DNA of 64,000 nt from an uncultured Chloroflexia bacterium (lineage in GTDB: Bacteria; Chloroflexota; Limnocylindria; Limnocylindrales; CSP1-4). Position numbers and translations under genes: made by a program. This document shows, piece by piece, positions 1 to 9,577 of this stretch (positions are counted from its first letter, which is position 1; each line of letters begins with the position of its first letter). The stretch is from contig OY970218.1 in the NCBI GenBank assembly GCA_963713975.1, forward strand, positions 1,088,001-1,152,000, read 5' to 3'. The notes under the pieces are model-generated. The model did not search any database and was not told the DNA's origin. It was given only the letters and a program-made list of their open reading frames with translations.

Positions 1-1520
1 CCCCGCTCGAGGTCGGCTTCGGCCTGGTCATCGTGGGCCTGCTGGCCTATGCGGCCTTCGGCCTGGGTGGGCGCCTGGGAGTAGGCCCGATGGCGCCCTC
101 GCCGGATCCCGACATGCTGGCCGGCGGGCCGCCACCGGCGTCGCCCGCCCCCGAGGGCTGGGTGCGTCTGGGCTGGCACCTGGGGATCCCGGCCGCCTGG
201 CTGGCCGCATCGCTGCTCGTGATCCCGCTGGCCGTGTACGTGGTCTCGTACCTGCCGTGGGCCGCCATCGAGGGTCATCAGCTCGTGGCGGGCTGGCCGG
301 TCGGACATACCGGCCAGGCGCTCACCGACCTCACCGGCGAGATGTACCGCTACCACAACAACCTGACCGCGGCCCACGCCGCGAGCTCGCCGTGGTGGGC
401 GTGGCCCCTCAACCTCAAGCCCGTCTGGTTCTACCAGGGCGGGTTCGCGGGTTCCACGGCGGCCGCGATCTACGACGCCGGGAACATGGTGATCTGGTGG
501 ATGGGGATCCCGGCCATGGTGTTCGTCGCCTACCAGGCATTCAAGCGGCGGAGCCTCGCGCTCGCGCTGATCCTGATCGCCTTCCTCGCCCAGTGGATCT
601 CGTGGGCCCGGATCGACCGGGCCGCCTTCCAGTACCACTACTACACGAGCCTGCCGTTCGTGATCCTGGCCCTCGGCTACTTCGTTGCCGAGGTATGGCA
701 CGGAGCCTCGCCGCGGACCTGGCTCCTGGCCCGGGCCGCCGCGGCCGTGGCGATCATGGGCCCGGTGCTGCTGTGGCTGCTGCGCTACCCGCTGTGCGCG
801 ATCGCCGAGGTCGAGTCCGTCAACGCGGGGTCGCAGGCCTGCAACGGCAACCCGGGGAATCTCGTCGTCACGCCCGCCACCGGCCTCATGGTGATCGTGG
901 CCATCGTGACCGTGATCGTGGTCACCTGGCAGCTGATCGACCTGGGTCGTCCGCGACCCGACGGCAGGCCCACCAGGGGACGGGACCTGCTGCCGCTGGG
1001 TCTGACCTCCGTGGTGGCGGGCACCGCCCTGGCGATCGCACGCCTGCTCCCGGACGGCGACCCGCTGTTCACGTTCAACGGGATCGTGCCCGAGATCATC
1101 GCCCTGATCGTGGCAGTACCCCTGGGGCTGGTGGCGATCCAGGTCCTCACCGCACGGGACGCCCGCCGGTTCACGGCCGGGCTGCTGGCGGCCGTGGTCG
1201 CCTGGTTCGCGATCCTGTACCCGAACCTCTCGGCCCTGGTCATGCCGTCCGCGGTCGTCAACGCCTACCAGGGTCTGTTGCCCACGTACCTGTACGCGTT
1301 CCAGTTCGGGGTGAACACGGTGGACCGAAGCGAGGCGATCTCGTTCGCCGACCCGAGGTTTGCGATCCTGATGGTGTTCCTTGTCATCGCCTGCGGTGTG
1401 GTGGCCTACGCCGCCTGGGCGTGGCGCCAGGCGAGCGCTGACGCTCCGGATCCCATGCCGCCGGACTCAAGTGCCGATGGACCGGCAGCCCAAGCAGGCG
1501 CCGAGCCGGGCGTTTCCTGA
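1..1520 (+). CDS. Dolichyl/polyprenyl-phosphate-mannose:protein O-mannosyltransferase-like (GT39/PMT) membrane protein, 5'-partial
   Basis: Frame is open from the window edge. PMT C-terminal motifs 'MYRYHNNLTAAHAASSPWWAWPLNLKPVWFY', 'AGNMVIWW' and 'RAAFQYHYYTSLPF'; many TM segments. Confidence 0.75.
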   Translation, partial: PLEVGFGLVIVGLLAYAAFGLGGRLGVGPMAPSPDPDMLAGGPPPASPAPEGWVRLGWHLGIPAAWLAASLLVIPLAVYVVSYLPWAAIEGHQLVAGWPVGHTGQALTDLTGEMYRYHNNLTAAHAASSPWWAWPLNLKPVWFYQGGFAGSTAAAIYDAGNMVIWWMGIPAMVFVAYQAFKRRSLALALILIAFLAQWISWARIDRAAFQYHYYTSLPFVILALGYFVAEVWHGASPRTWLLARAAAAVAIMGPVLLWLLRYPLCAIAEVESVNAGSQACNGNPGNLVVTPATGLMVIVAIVTVIVVTWQLIDLGRPRPDGRPTRGRDLLPLGLTSVVAGTALAIARLLPDGDPLFTFNGIVPEIIALIVAVPLGLVAIQVLTARDARRFTAGLLAAVVAWFAILYPNLSALVMPSAVVNAYQGLLPTYLYAFQFGVNTVDRSEAISFADPRFAILMVFLVIACGVVAYAAWAWRQASADAPDPMPPDSSADGPAAQAGAEPGVS

Positions 1521-1566
1521 GGTCGGACGCCCACCGCACCCGGCAACGCCCGCAGCAAGTTCGAGT

Positions 1567-2802
1567 TCAGTCCGGCTCCACCTCGGCACCCGGCGGCAGG
1601 ACGAGCCGGTCCGAGCGAGCGGTGCTCGCCAACCCGGGCCGCGGAGAGGGCGGGATCGCAGCAGTGAAGTGCGGCGGCAGCGAGCCCGTGGCCGCAAGCC
1701 GACGGATCACGAACCCGTAGTAGTCGTCCACCTTTGCGGTCACTCGCGGCCAGCTGAACTCCTCCGCACGACGCATGCCGGAGGCGGACATCTCGGCCGC
1801 AAGCTCACGGTCCCTGAGCAGCCGGCCGATCGAGGCGGCGAGCTCCTTGTGGTCCTTGGGAGGCACGAGGAGGGCCTCGCGCCCGCGGCGGACGACCCCC
1901 TTGTAGCCGTGGATGTCCGAGGCCACGATCGGAGCGCCGGCGGCCATGGCCTCCAGGAGCACGATCCCGAACGACTCGCGGCCGGTCGCCGGGCTCGCGT
2001 AGACGTCGGCGGTCCGGAACAGCTGGGCCTTCTCGTCGTCCGAGACGCGACCGAGGAACTCGACGCCCTGGAGGCGTCGTGTCGCCACGTAGCGGCGGGC
2101 CTCGCGCTCCTGGGGGCCGCCGCCGACCAGCAGCAACCGGGCATCGACGCCCGCTCGGCGCAGCAACCGGTAGCCCTTGAGCATGTCGAGGACGCCCTTG
2201 CGGGGCTCGAAGCGGCCCACGAAGAGCACGTTTTGTCTGCCGTCCTGCCAGCGTGCCACCGGCACGGCCCGCTGGTAGCGCTCGACGTCCACTCCGTTGG
2301 GGATGACCTTGTAGTCGCCGGGGAAGTAGCGGTCGATGAAGTGGCGGGCGGCGGCCGAAACTGCGATCCGGCCGTGCAGGCGGTCCGCGTACCCGCGCAG
2401 GGCCCGTGACCCGAACTCGTAGGCCGGCGACCAGCCCCCATAGGCGTGGAAGGTGCCGACGTTCACGCTCTGAGACTCCCGCAGGATGACGAGCGACAGG
2501 AACGGCACGAATGGCTCGTGGAAGTGCAGCACGTCGAAGCGCTCCCGGTCGAGGAGCTCCCTGGCCTGGGACACGTACCGCGGCGAGAGCGTCACCGTCC
2601 CGACGGAGCCATTGGCGGGCATCGAGAAGCCCTTGCCCAGCCGGATGACGTCGCCATCGGACGAGCGCTGCAGACCGTGTGACGAGGTCAGGATCCGGAC
2701 GTCGTGGCCACGCTGGCGCAGGTTCTCGTACAGGAATCGGACGTGCTGCGTCACACCGCCCGGCAGCGGGTACACGTACGGCGAGACGAGGCCGATCTTC
2801 AC
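1567..2802 (-). CDS. pimA: GT4 glycosyltransferase, phosphatidyl-myo-inositol alpha-mannosyltransferase (PimA-like)
   Basis: GTG start overlaps the upstream stop (GTGA). 'KIGLVSPY..PGGVTQHV', 'NGSVG', 'DVLHFHEP', 'GRFEPRKG' and 'RESFGIVLLEAMAAG' match the PimA pattern; operon context agrees. Confidence 0.8.
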   Translation of the reverse strand: MKIGLVSPYVYPLPGGVTQHVRFLYENLRQRGHDVRILTSSHGLQRSSDGDVIRLGKGFSMPANGSVGTVTLSPRYVSQARELLDRERFDVLHFHEPFVPFLSLVILRESQSVNVGTFHAYGGWSPAYEFGSRALRGYADRLHGRIAVSAAARHFIDRYFPGDYKVIPNGVDVERYQRAVPVARWQDGRQNVLFVGRFEPRKGVLDMLKGYRLLRRAGVDARLLLVGGGPQEREARRYVATRRLQGVEFLGRVSDDEKAQLFRTADVYASPATGRESFGIVLLEAMAAGAPIVASDIHGYKGVVRRGREALLVPPKDHKELAASIGRLLRDRELAAEMSASGMRRAEEFSWPRVTAKVDDYYGFVIRRLAATGSLPPHFTAAIPPSPRPGLASTARSDRLVLPPGAEVEPD

Positions 2803-3626
2803 CGCTCGTCCGTCCGTCCGAAGGTCGGGTCGTAGCGCGCTGGGCGCAGCGTCCCGCCCGGGTAGCCGAGATCCCGCCCGGTTCCGTCCCGGCGTACCCG
2901 GCCGCCGATCGTGGCCCGCCAACCCCGCGAGTACTTCGCGAGCTGCCCGCGGTACACGCCCAACTGCGTGAGCGACCCGTGGAACGAGCCCTGGTGGCGC
3001 GTGGTCCCATCCGCGATCGCTGCCCGGTAGTCCTCCGGGCCCCGGCCCGGGAAGGTGGTCCAGGCGGCGCCCACGGCGGCCGTCGCGTGTGCGTCGCTGT
3101 TGCCAACCTGGGGCAGTCGGTGTTCCTCGGCAAACCGCACGACCGCCGCGTGGCCGTACTTCCCGAGCGCCGTGGGGTTGAAGGTCTCGATCGCATCGGG
3201 GCGCGACGCAGGATCGTCGCGGGCCAGGAGGCGCCGGAGCGTGAAGCCCTGGGCGCACAGCGGATATGGGACCATCGGGTGGGCGGGGATGGCGAGGCCG
3301 CCCTGGTCGTGGACCGCCTCGATCGTCCAGCGGAGGCTCCTGAGGGCCGGCACGGGCTGCTCCAGGAACAGGGCGAGCAGGTGGCCCTCCCGGGAGCTGA
3401 TCTCCTCCCCAACCACGACGTGGACGCCGAGGCCGAGATCGCCGGCCATCTGGCGGGCCGCCAGCGCGGCATCGATCCGGTCGTGGTCCGCGATGGCGAC
3501 GATGTCCAGGAACCCATCGGCCTCTACCCGGTCGAGGATCTCACGTACCGACGACGTCCCGTCTGAGGCAAGGGTGTGGACGTGCATGTCGGCCCGGCCG
3601 AGGCGGACGAGCGGATCAAGGCTCAT
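2799..3626 (-). CDS. PHP-family metal-dependent phosphoesterase
   Basis: PHP motifs DMHVHTLASDG, AIADHD, GEEIS..GHLL, PAHP, NSDAH; ATGA overlap with the upstream gene. Confidence 0.85.
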   Translation of the reverse strand: MSLDPLVRLGRADMHVHTLASDGTSSVREILDRVEADGFLDIVAIADHDRIDAALAARQMAGDLGLGVHVVVGEEISSREGHLLALFLEQPVPALRSLRWTIEAVHDQGGLAIPAHPMVPYPLCAQGFTLRRLLARDDPASRPDAIETFNPTALGKYGHAAVVRFAEEHRLPQVGNSDAHATAAVGAAWTTFPGRGPEDYRAAIADGTTRHQGSFHGSLTQLGVYRGQLAKYSRGWRATIGGRVRRDGTGRDLGYPGGTLRPARYDPTFGRTDER

Positions 3627-4660
3627 GCCCTTGCCTCGAGGCCGCCGGCAGGGACGGCGAGGTCCGGCCAGATGGGGTGGAACGCGCCCCACCACTGCTC
3701 AGGCCCGTCCGCGAGGATCGTCTCGAAGGCGGTCGCGATGGCGGCGGTCAGGGCGATCGTCCGCTCCCGGCGCGTGCCCTCGACGGGGACGGGCACGGCG
3801 ATGAGCTTGCCGATGCACCGACCGTCGCGGGTCCGGCGGGCAGAGCCCGCGTACACGGGCACTCCCGCCTCGATAGCCAGCAGGGCCGGACCGGGCGACA
3901 TCGGCGCCAGGTGGCCGAAGAATGGCGTGGGGATGCCGGTCCGGGTGATGTCGCGGTCGTTGACCATGCCCACCGACTCACCTCTCCGCAGGGCCGCAAG
4001 CATGGTCCTCCGCGCGTTGGCCAGCGGGATGACCCGCACGCCGACGCGTCCCCGCGATGTCTCGAACCAGCGCTGGACCACGGGATCGGCGACGGTCTCC
4101 ATGGGTGCCGTCACCGGGTGCCCCACGAGGTTCGAGATGTAGACGACCGGCAGCTCGATCGCGCCGTAGTGCAGGCCGACGAGGACGATCGGCCGGCCCG
4201 ACGCAAGGGCCTCGCGGATCTCGCCGGGCGTCTCCTGGTGAAGCCGGGCCAGCGCGGTCGCCAGGTCGTAGGAATCGGCCCGGGCGACTTCGAGGTAGTA
4301 GCGGACGGCGTGCCGGAAGGAGGCACGCACGAGCCGCTCGAGGGCGGCGGGGTCCGTGGCCGCTCGGCGGGCGAGTCCGGTGCCACGTCCCTGGGCCGCC
4401 AGCCCCTCGCACACCCGGCGCAGGTTGTTGCGGGCCTGGGAGGCACGGTCGGGAGCGAGGCGATACCAGAGCTCGCCGATGCTGTCGGCCGCGGCAAGCA
4501 GCGGCCGCTCGGGTAGGACGGCGACGATCCGGGTGCCCGCCACGAGGATCGTCCCGCGCAGCGAGCGCCGGATGGGCGCCCCGGGCCCGGAACCGGCACC
4601 GGGCTCGTCACCACGACCCGCACGAGGCGCAACCGAACCGGGCCCGCCACCCGGTGTCAC
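3623..4660 (-). CDS. Lipid A/PatA-family lysophospholipid acyltransferase (paralog 2)
   Basis: 'NLRRV', 'YYLE', 'LHYGAIE', 'GMVNDRD', 'FFG..APMSPGPALLA', 'PEQWW..FHPIW'; GTG start coupled to the upstream stop. Confidence 0.8.
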   Translation of the reverse strand: MTPGGGPGSVAPRAGRGDEPGAGSGPGAPIRRSLRGTILVAGTRIVAVLPERPLLAAADSIGELWYRLAPDRASQARNNLRRVCEGLAAQGRGTGLARRAATDPAALERLVRASFRHAVRYYLEVARADSYDLATALARLHQETPGEIREALASGRPIVLVGLHYGAIELPVVYISNLVGHPVTAPMETVADPVVQRWFETSRGRVGVRVIPLANARRTMLAALRRGESVGMVNDRDITRTGIPTPFFGHLAPMSPGPALLAIEAGVPVYAGSARRTRDGRCIGKLIAVPVPVEGTRRERTIALTAAIATAFETILADGPEQWWGAFHPIWPDLAVPAGGLEARA

Positions 4661-5673
4661 CGTCCCGCGGCCTCGTCCGGCGTGGATGGCGCATCGGACC
4701 CGGCCAGCATGGCTGCAGCGCGTGCTGCGAGCTCTGCGCCCTCGGCCGGATCGCTCGGCCACATAGGCTTGAAGCTGTACCACTGGGCCGGCGCGGCCCG
4801 GACCGTCGTCTCCAGCGCGTCCGCGATCCGCTGGGTCGCTCGCTGCAGGTCCGCCGGGCTCGAGGACGGAACCGTGAACTCCCCGTGTGCCTCGATGCGG
4901 AAGCGCCCACTCGGGGTGCGGCGGATGGCGAGCGGCGCGATGATGGCGCCCGTCTTGGCGGCCAGCGAGGCGGGCCCGGCCGGCAGGGTCGTCCAGGCGT
5001 CGAAGAACCGCACCGGGATGCCGTCATTCCGGTAGCCCCAGTCCACGAGCAGGGCCAGGATCTCGTTGCGGCGCAGCACCCCGAACAGCTCCCGCAGGTT
5101 GCGCCACGGGATGAGGGTCGCGCCCCAGGCCTCGCGCTGCCGGCGGAGGATCTCGAACAGCTCGGGAAACGTGGAGTCGTCCGCGACCACGTTGGTCGGA
5201 TAGCCTCGGGTGGCGATGGCGGCGCCCACGGCCTCGTTGTTGCCCACGTGGCCGACGACCACGATCATCGCCCGGCCCGAGGCGCGCCAGGCCTCGATGA
5301 TCCGGTCGATCCCGTCTCCCTCGATGCCGTCCGCCAGCTCGTCGAGGGGCCGGGACGGGAGCCGCATGAGCTCCACCATGTAGCGCGCGTACTCCCGGTA
5401 GGCGCGAAGCGCCATCCGGTGAACCCGCGGGTGGGACGGCGGGAGCCCCAGCACGTGGCCGAAGTTGGCGCTGGAGAATCGGCGCTTGTTGGGCCATAGG
5501 AGGTAGCTCAGCTGCGAGGCTCCGCCGATCACCGCCCGCGAGAGCACGGGCGGCACAACGGCGAGAGCGGCGGACATCGACCGGTAGCCGATGACCGCCG
5601 CCTTCTCGACGACTCGCGGGGGGGTTGACTCGAGGCGCCGGTGTGGCGCCTCGAGCTTCCGGTTGGAGGTCAC
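4657..5673 (-). CDS. Lipid A/PatA-family lysophospholipid acyltransferase (paralog 1)
   Basis: 'YARYMVE', 'GHVGNNE', 'ALLVDW', '[21 protein letters not shown]', '[11 protein letters not shown]'. Confidence 0.8.
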   Translation of the reverse strand: MTSNRKLEAPHRRLESTPPRVVEKAAVIGYRSMSAALAVVPPVLSRAVIGGASQLSYLLWPNKRRFSSANFGHVLGLPPSHPRVHRMALRAYREYARYMVELMRLPSRPLDELADGIEGDGIDRIIEAWRASGRAMIVVVGHVGNNEAVGAAIATRGYPTNVVADDSTFPELFEILRRQREAWGATLIPWRNLRELFGVLRRNEILALLVDWGYRNDGIPVRFFDAWTTLPAGPASLAAKTGAIIAPLAIRRTPSGRFRIEAHGEFTVPSSSPADLQRATQRIADALETTVRAAPAQWYSFKPMWPSDPAEGAELAARAAAMLAGSDAPSTPDEAAGR

Positions 5674-6872
5674 TTGGTGGCGGGGGCCTTCGTCCTTGAT
5701 GCGGTCGCGAGCGCCTTGGAGTCCTTCTTGGACTCCTCGTTGCCCTCGAGCGTCTCGTTGTCGTCGCCACGGATGAAGGCCTCGACCCGCTCCCGTGCCA
5801 CGTCGTCGTGGAGCTGGAGCGGCGGGCTCTTCATGAAGTAGCTGGACGGTGCCACGAGGGTACCCTTCAGGCCGCGATCGAGCCCGATCTTAAGACACCG
5901 GACGGCGTCGATGATGACGCCGGCGCTGTTGGGGCTGTCCCAGACCTCGAGCTTGAGCTCGGCCTTGAGCGGCACGTCACCGAAGGTGGTGCCCTCCATG
6001 ACGATGTAGCAGTACTTGCGGTCCTGGAGCCACGGCACGTAGTCGGACGGGCCGACGTGGACGTTGCCCGGCTCCAGCTCGTAATCGAGCATGGACGTGA
6101 CAGCGTTCGTCTTGGAGATCTTCTTGGACTCCAGCCGCTCGCGCTCGAGCATGTTCATGAAGTCCGTGTTGCCGCCGAAGTTCAGCTGGTAGGTGCGATC
6201 GAGGCGGACACCCCGGTCCATGAACAGGCGGGTCAGCACGCGGTGGCTGATCGTCGCGCCGACCTGGCTCTTGATGTCGTCGCCGATGATCGGGAGGCCC
6301 ATGTCGGCGAAGCGGCGCTGCCAGTAGGGCTCGCGGCCGATGAACACCGGGATGGCGTTCACAAAGCCGACGCCGGCCTGGAGGGCCTGCTCCGCGTACC
6401 ACTTGGTCGCCTCCTCGCTCCCGACCGGGAGGTAGGAGACCATGACGTCGACCTGGCGATCCTTGAGGATGCCGACCACGTCTGCCGTCGGGCCGGGGGC
6501 CTTCTCGATGACCTGCGAGAGGTACTTGCCCAGACCGTCGTGGGTCATGCCGCGGTCCACGGTCACGCCCATGTGGGGCACGTCCATGAACTTGATCGTG
6601 TTGTTCTGGCCCGCGAAGATCGCCTCGGAGATGTCCTTGCCGACCTTCTCCTTGTCGATGTCGAAGGCCGCCACGAACTCCACCGAGTTGATGTGGTAGT
6701 CGCCCAGCTGGACGTGCATCAGGCCCGGGATGGTGTCGGTGGTCTTCGCGTTCTCGTAGTAGTAGCGGCCCTGGATGAGGCTGCTGGCGCAGTTGCCGAC
6801 GCCGACGACGGCGACGCGGATCTTGCGATCCGCCTTGGCGGGGACGGTCTCGTTGGTCACGTGGGTCTCCAT
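5670..6872 (-). CDS. ino1: myo-inositol-1(3)-phosphate synthase
   Basis: [61 protein letters not shown]. Confidence 0.97.
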   Translation of the reverse strand: METHVTNETVPAKADRKIRVAVVGVGNCASSLIQGRYYYENAKTTDTIPGLMHVQLGDYHINSVEFVAAFDIDKEKVGKDISEAIFAGQNNTIKFMDVPHMGVTVDRGMTHDGLGKYLSQVIEKAPGPTADVVGILKDRQVDVMVSYLPVGSEEATKWYAEQALQAGVGFVNAIPVFIGREPYWQRRFADMGLPIIGDDIKSQVGATISHRVLTRLFMDRGVRLDRTYQLNFGGNTDFMNMLERERLESKKISKTNAVTSMLDYELEPGNVHVGPSDYVPWLQDRKYCYIVMEGTTFGDVPLKAELKLEVWDSPNSAGVIIDAVRCLKIGLDRGLKGTLVAPSSYFMKSPPLQLHDDVARERVEAFIRGDDNETLEGNEESKKDSKALATASRTKAPATK

Positions 6873-6880
6873 GTGTCGCG

Positions 6881-7507
6881 CTACCCCTGGCGGGACGCCT
6901 GCCCGAGGGTGACGACGATGCGCTGGATAGTGGTGATGGTCGCGAGGATTGCGATCAGCCCGAGGGAGAACGCCAGGATGGTCAGGGATGCACCCGCGAG
7001 CGCGACGCCCACGGTCAGGATCACGAGCCGGACCTCGCGTGGGGCGAGACCGACATTGGCCATGCCCTTGCCGGGCGCGAAGCCCAGGCTCTCCGCGCGA
7101 GCGCGGGTGTAGCTGACCATGAAGGCGGCCGACATCGCCGCGGCGGCGAGGATCGCCCCCAGGTCAAAGTCCGCAAACAGGCAGCCGGCGACGATGCCGA
7201 TGTAGACGACCCCCTCACCCCACCGGTCGAAGGTGGAGTCGAGGAATGCGCCGGCCTTGCTCGCCTTCCCGGTCGCCCGGGCCACGAGGCCATCGAACAT
7301 GTCGAAGATGCCGCCGAAGATGATCAGGAACCCGGCAAGCGGCCAGGCTTGTGCACCCGCGGCGACGGCCGCGGCGCACGCGATGAGGAATCCGATGACG
7401 GTGAGGGCGTTGGGCGACAGTCCGAGGCGGGCCAGGCCCCGACCCACCGGCTCGGCGAGCCCGCGGATGCGGGATCTCAGCTCCGGCGAGACGAACGAGC
7501 CGCTCAC
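6881..7507 (-). CDS. pgsA: CDP-alcohol phosphatidyltransferase, phosphatidylinositol-phosphate synthase type
   Basis: Signature [19 protein letters not shown], 'SPNALT', '[12 protein letters not shown]'; lies next to ino1. Confidence 0.85.
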   Translation of the reverse strand: MSGSFVSPELRSRIRGLAEPVGRGLARLGLSPNALTVIGFLIACAAAVAAGAQAWPLAGFLIIFGGIFDMFDGLVARATGKASKAGAFLDSTFDRWGEGVVYIGIVAGCLFADFDLGAILAAAAMSAAFMVSYTRARAESLGFAPGKGMANVGLAPREVRLVILTVGVALAGASLTILAFSLGLIAILATITTIQRIVVTLGQASRQG

Positions 7508-7866
7508 GACGACGCTCCCTGCCCGATCGGGGCTGCCTCCAGCCCGAGGGCCCTGGCCTGGCGGGTGGCGAACATCGCGAAAGCCTCCGGCTCGATGGTG
7601 TGGATCGTCTCCCGGCCGTTCCGCTGTGCGGAGACCAGCCCGACCTCGCGCAGCTTGGAGAGGTGCCAGGAGACGAGGGGTTGCGACAAGCCGACACGGT
7701 CGATGAGCTCGGTGACCGTGGCCGGCCCCTCGGCCAGGACGCGGCAGATCCTGAGCCGGTTGACGTCCGCCAGCACCTTGTGGAAGCGGCGCAGCTCGCG
7801 GAGGTCGTCGGGCTGGTCGACGACCGCGGCAAACGTGCTCCGGATCCGCGCGGGAGAGGGGGACAC
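7504..7866 (-). CDS. ArsR/SmtB-family transcriptional regulator
   Basis: 'KVLADVNRLRI..L...TVTEL...LSQPLVSWHLSKLREVGLV..RNGR'. Start uncertain; GTG 7866 chosen. Confidence 0.85.
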   Translation of the reverse strand: MSPSPARIRSTFAAVVDQPDDLRELRRFHKVLADVNRLRICRVLAEGPATVTELIDRVGLSQPLVSWHLSKLREVGLVSAQRNGRETIHTIEPEAFAMFATRQARALGLEAAPIGQGASS

Positions 7867-7909
7867 GACCGGGGGTACCTGCTGCTCGAGTTGACACACC
7901 GTCGAATGC

Positions 7910-7968
7910 ATCAACGACGGTTTATATCAACGGGCGTTGATGCTAGGCACGGGGCGTGCGCTTGTCAA
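7910..7968 (-). promoter_or_regulatory. Sigma-70-type promoter (TTGACA-17-TAGCAT) overlapped by two tandem ATCAA-N6-TT(G/T)AT operator-like sites
   Basis: -35 at 7968-7963 and -10 at 7945-7940. Sites ATCAACGACGGTTTAT (7910-7925) and ATCAACGGGCGTTGAT (7926-7941). Confidence 0.7.
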
Positions 7969-8093
7969 GCCGTCCTCCCCCGAGATCGGCGGAGCGGGAG
8001 GACGGCGGCACCGATGAATGCTCCGCGGCCGGTGTCAGGGCGCCGGATGCCGACGCGTCACGAGGCGGGTCGATATCGGCGATGATCCTGGAC

Positions 8094-9221
8094 ATGGACT
8101 CGACAAGGCGCGCCGACCCCTTGTCGACGACGCCCGTGCGGCAGCGCCTCGTACTGGTCACCGGGAGCACCCGGAGTGGCACCAGCATGGTCGCGGGCTC
8201 GCTCCACCATCTCGGGCTGCACGTTCCGCTTCCGGTGCTCAAGTCGAATGACAGCAATCCCCGGGGCTTTTTCGAGTCGACGTGGCCGCTGTGGTTCCAT
8301 CGCCGCCTGCTCGACAAGTGCCTGGTGAACCAGACCGACTGCAGGCCCGAGGCGTTCCGGATCGTCGCGGGGGCGGTGACGGACGTCGAGCGCGCCGAGC
8401 TCGGCGCCTGGCTGGAGGGCGTCTTCGGTGACGCCCGGCAGGTCGTCGTGAAGGATCCCCGTGCCATTTGGGTGCCGTGGCTGTGGGAAGCGACTGCCGC
8501 GGGCATGGGTGTCGACACCGGGTTCCTCACCGCGGTCCGGCACCCCGCCGAGGTTGTCGCGAGTCGCGCGACGTACTACCACGCGGGACGGCCCGACCGG
8601 GACGCCTGGAGCTACCGCGTCCGCAACCTGTGCACCTGGATCAACGCCAACCTCGGCATCGAGCGCCAGACACGTGGCCGCCGAAGGGCGATCGTCCGCT
8701 ACGAGGATCTCCTCGCTGACTGGCGCGGCGTGATGCGGACCGTTCGGGATGACCTTGACATCGAGCTGGACCCGGCGATGGACGGCAGCGGGCGGCACGA
8801 GGTGGATGCCTTCATCGAGCCGTCGCTCCGCCGGCATGAGCCGTCGTGGGACGGCATGGACCTGCCACCAGCACTCGTGGAGATCGCCGAGGGGGTATGG
8901 ACGGGGCTTGGCGCGGTTGCGGGCGGCCAGAGCGACTCCACCACTGCAGGGGACCTGGACGACCTTGCCCACGAGTACGAGTCGCTGATGCTCGTCGCGC
9001 AGGCCGTAGCGCAGGACACCGCCCGGGCGGCGCACCTCGCCGGCATTCGCGAGGCCGGCGCCGGCCTGCCGGATGGCACCGGCACCGGGCGGGGGGCAAT
9101 CAATCGCGCGGCGACCAGGCAAACGGCCGGCCGCAGGATCCGCCGCGTGGCTCGGCGCTGGACGCCGGCCTCGATGCGGCGCCTGGTCAGTCGGACTCGG
9201 GACGAGGAGTCGCAGCCCTAG
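8094..9221 (+). CDS. Sulfotransferase-family protein
   Basis: 5'-PSB loop 'VLVTGSTRSGTS', 'NPRGFFES', 'VKDPR', 3'-PB 'VRHPAEVVAS', 'VRYEDLLADW'. Confidence 0.75.
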   Translation: MDSTRRADPLSTTPVRQRLVLVTGSTRSGTSMVAGSLHHLGLHVPLPVLKSNDSNPRGFFESTWPLWFHRRLLDKCLVNQTDCRPEAFRIVAGAVTDVERAELGAWLEGVFGDARQVVVKDPRAIWVPWLWEATAAGMGVDTGFLTAVRHPAEVVASRATYYHAGRPDRDAWSYRVRNLCTWINANLGIERQTRGRRRAIVRYEDLLADWRGVMRTVRDDLDIELDPAMDGSGRHEVDAFIEPSLRRHEPSWDGMDLPPALVEIAEGVWTGLGAVAGGQSDSTTAGDLDDLAHEYESLMLVAQAVAQDTARAAHLAGIREAGAGLPDGTGTGRGAINRAATRQTAGRRIRRVARRWTPASMRRLVSRTRDEESQP

Positions 9222-9415
9222 GTGGATGGGGATGCAGATCGTCCGGCGATGAGCCGGGCACTCGCGGGTGGTACGACCAGGGCTCCTTGCATCCAAATGG
9301 AATCCCGACTGATTCCCTATGCCTTACCGACAAGGCGCCATAGATGGCGTTGAATCTAAGGTGAGGCGACCGAAGTCGGTCCACCTCGACCAAGCCCGCA
9401 ACCGGTAGTGTCCCA

Positions 9416-9523
9416 ATGCTCTACGACCTCGCCATCAGCACCATCACCGTTCTTATCGTGGTCTCCCCCATGGCCTTCGCGGCCTGGTACGACCGCCGCC
9501 TCGGGCTCGACGCGGACCGCTGA
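9416..9523 (+). CDS. Putative 35-aa single-TM small protein MLYDLAISTITVLIVVSPMAFAAWYDRRLGLDADR
   Basis: Host-like GC3 codon usage, hydrophobic core, followed by a hairpin; below the ORF-track cutoff. Confidence 0.55.
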   Translation: MLYDLAISTITVLIVVSPMAFAAWYDRRLGLDADR

Positions 9524-9529
9524 CCCGCA

Positions 9530-9555
9530 CCCACCGGGCCGCGAAGGCCGGTGGG
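9530..9555 (+). terminator. GC-rich stem-loop after the small ORF
   Basis: CCCACCGG(G)CC-GCGAA-GGCCGGTGGG; no U-tract. Confidence 0.4.
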
Positions 9556-9577
9556 CCACCCGTCCTACACTCCCGGG

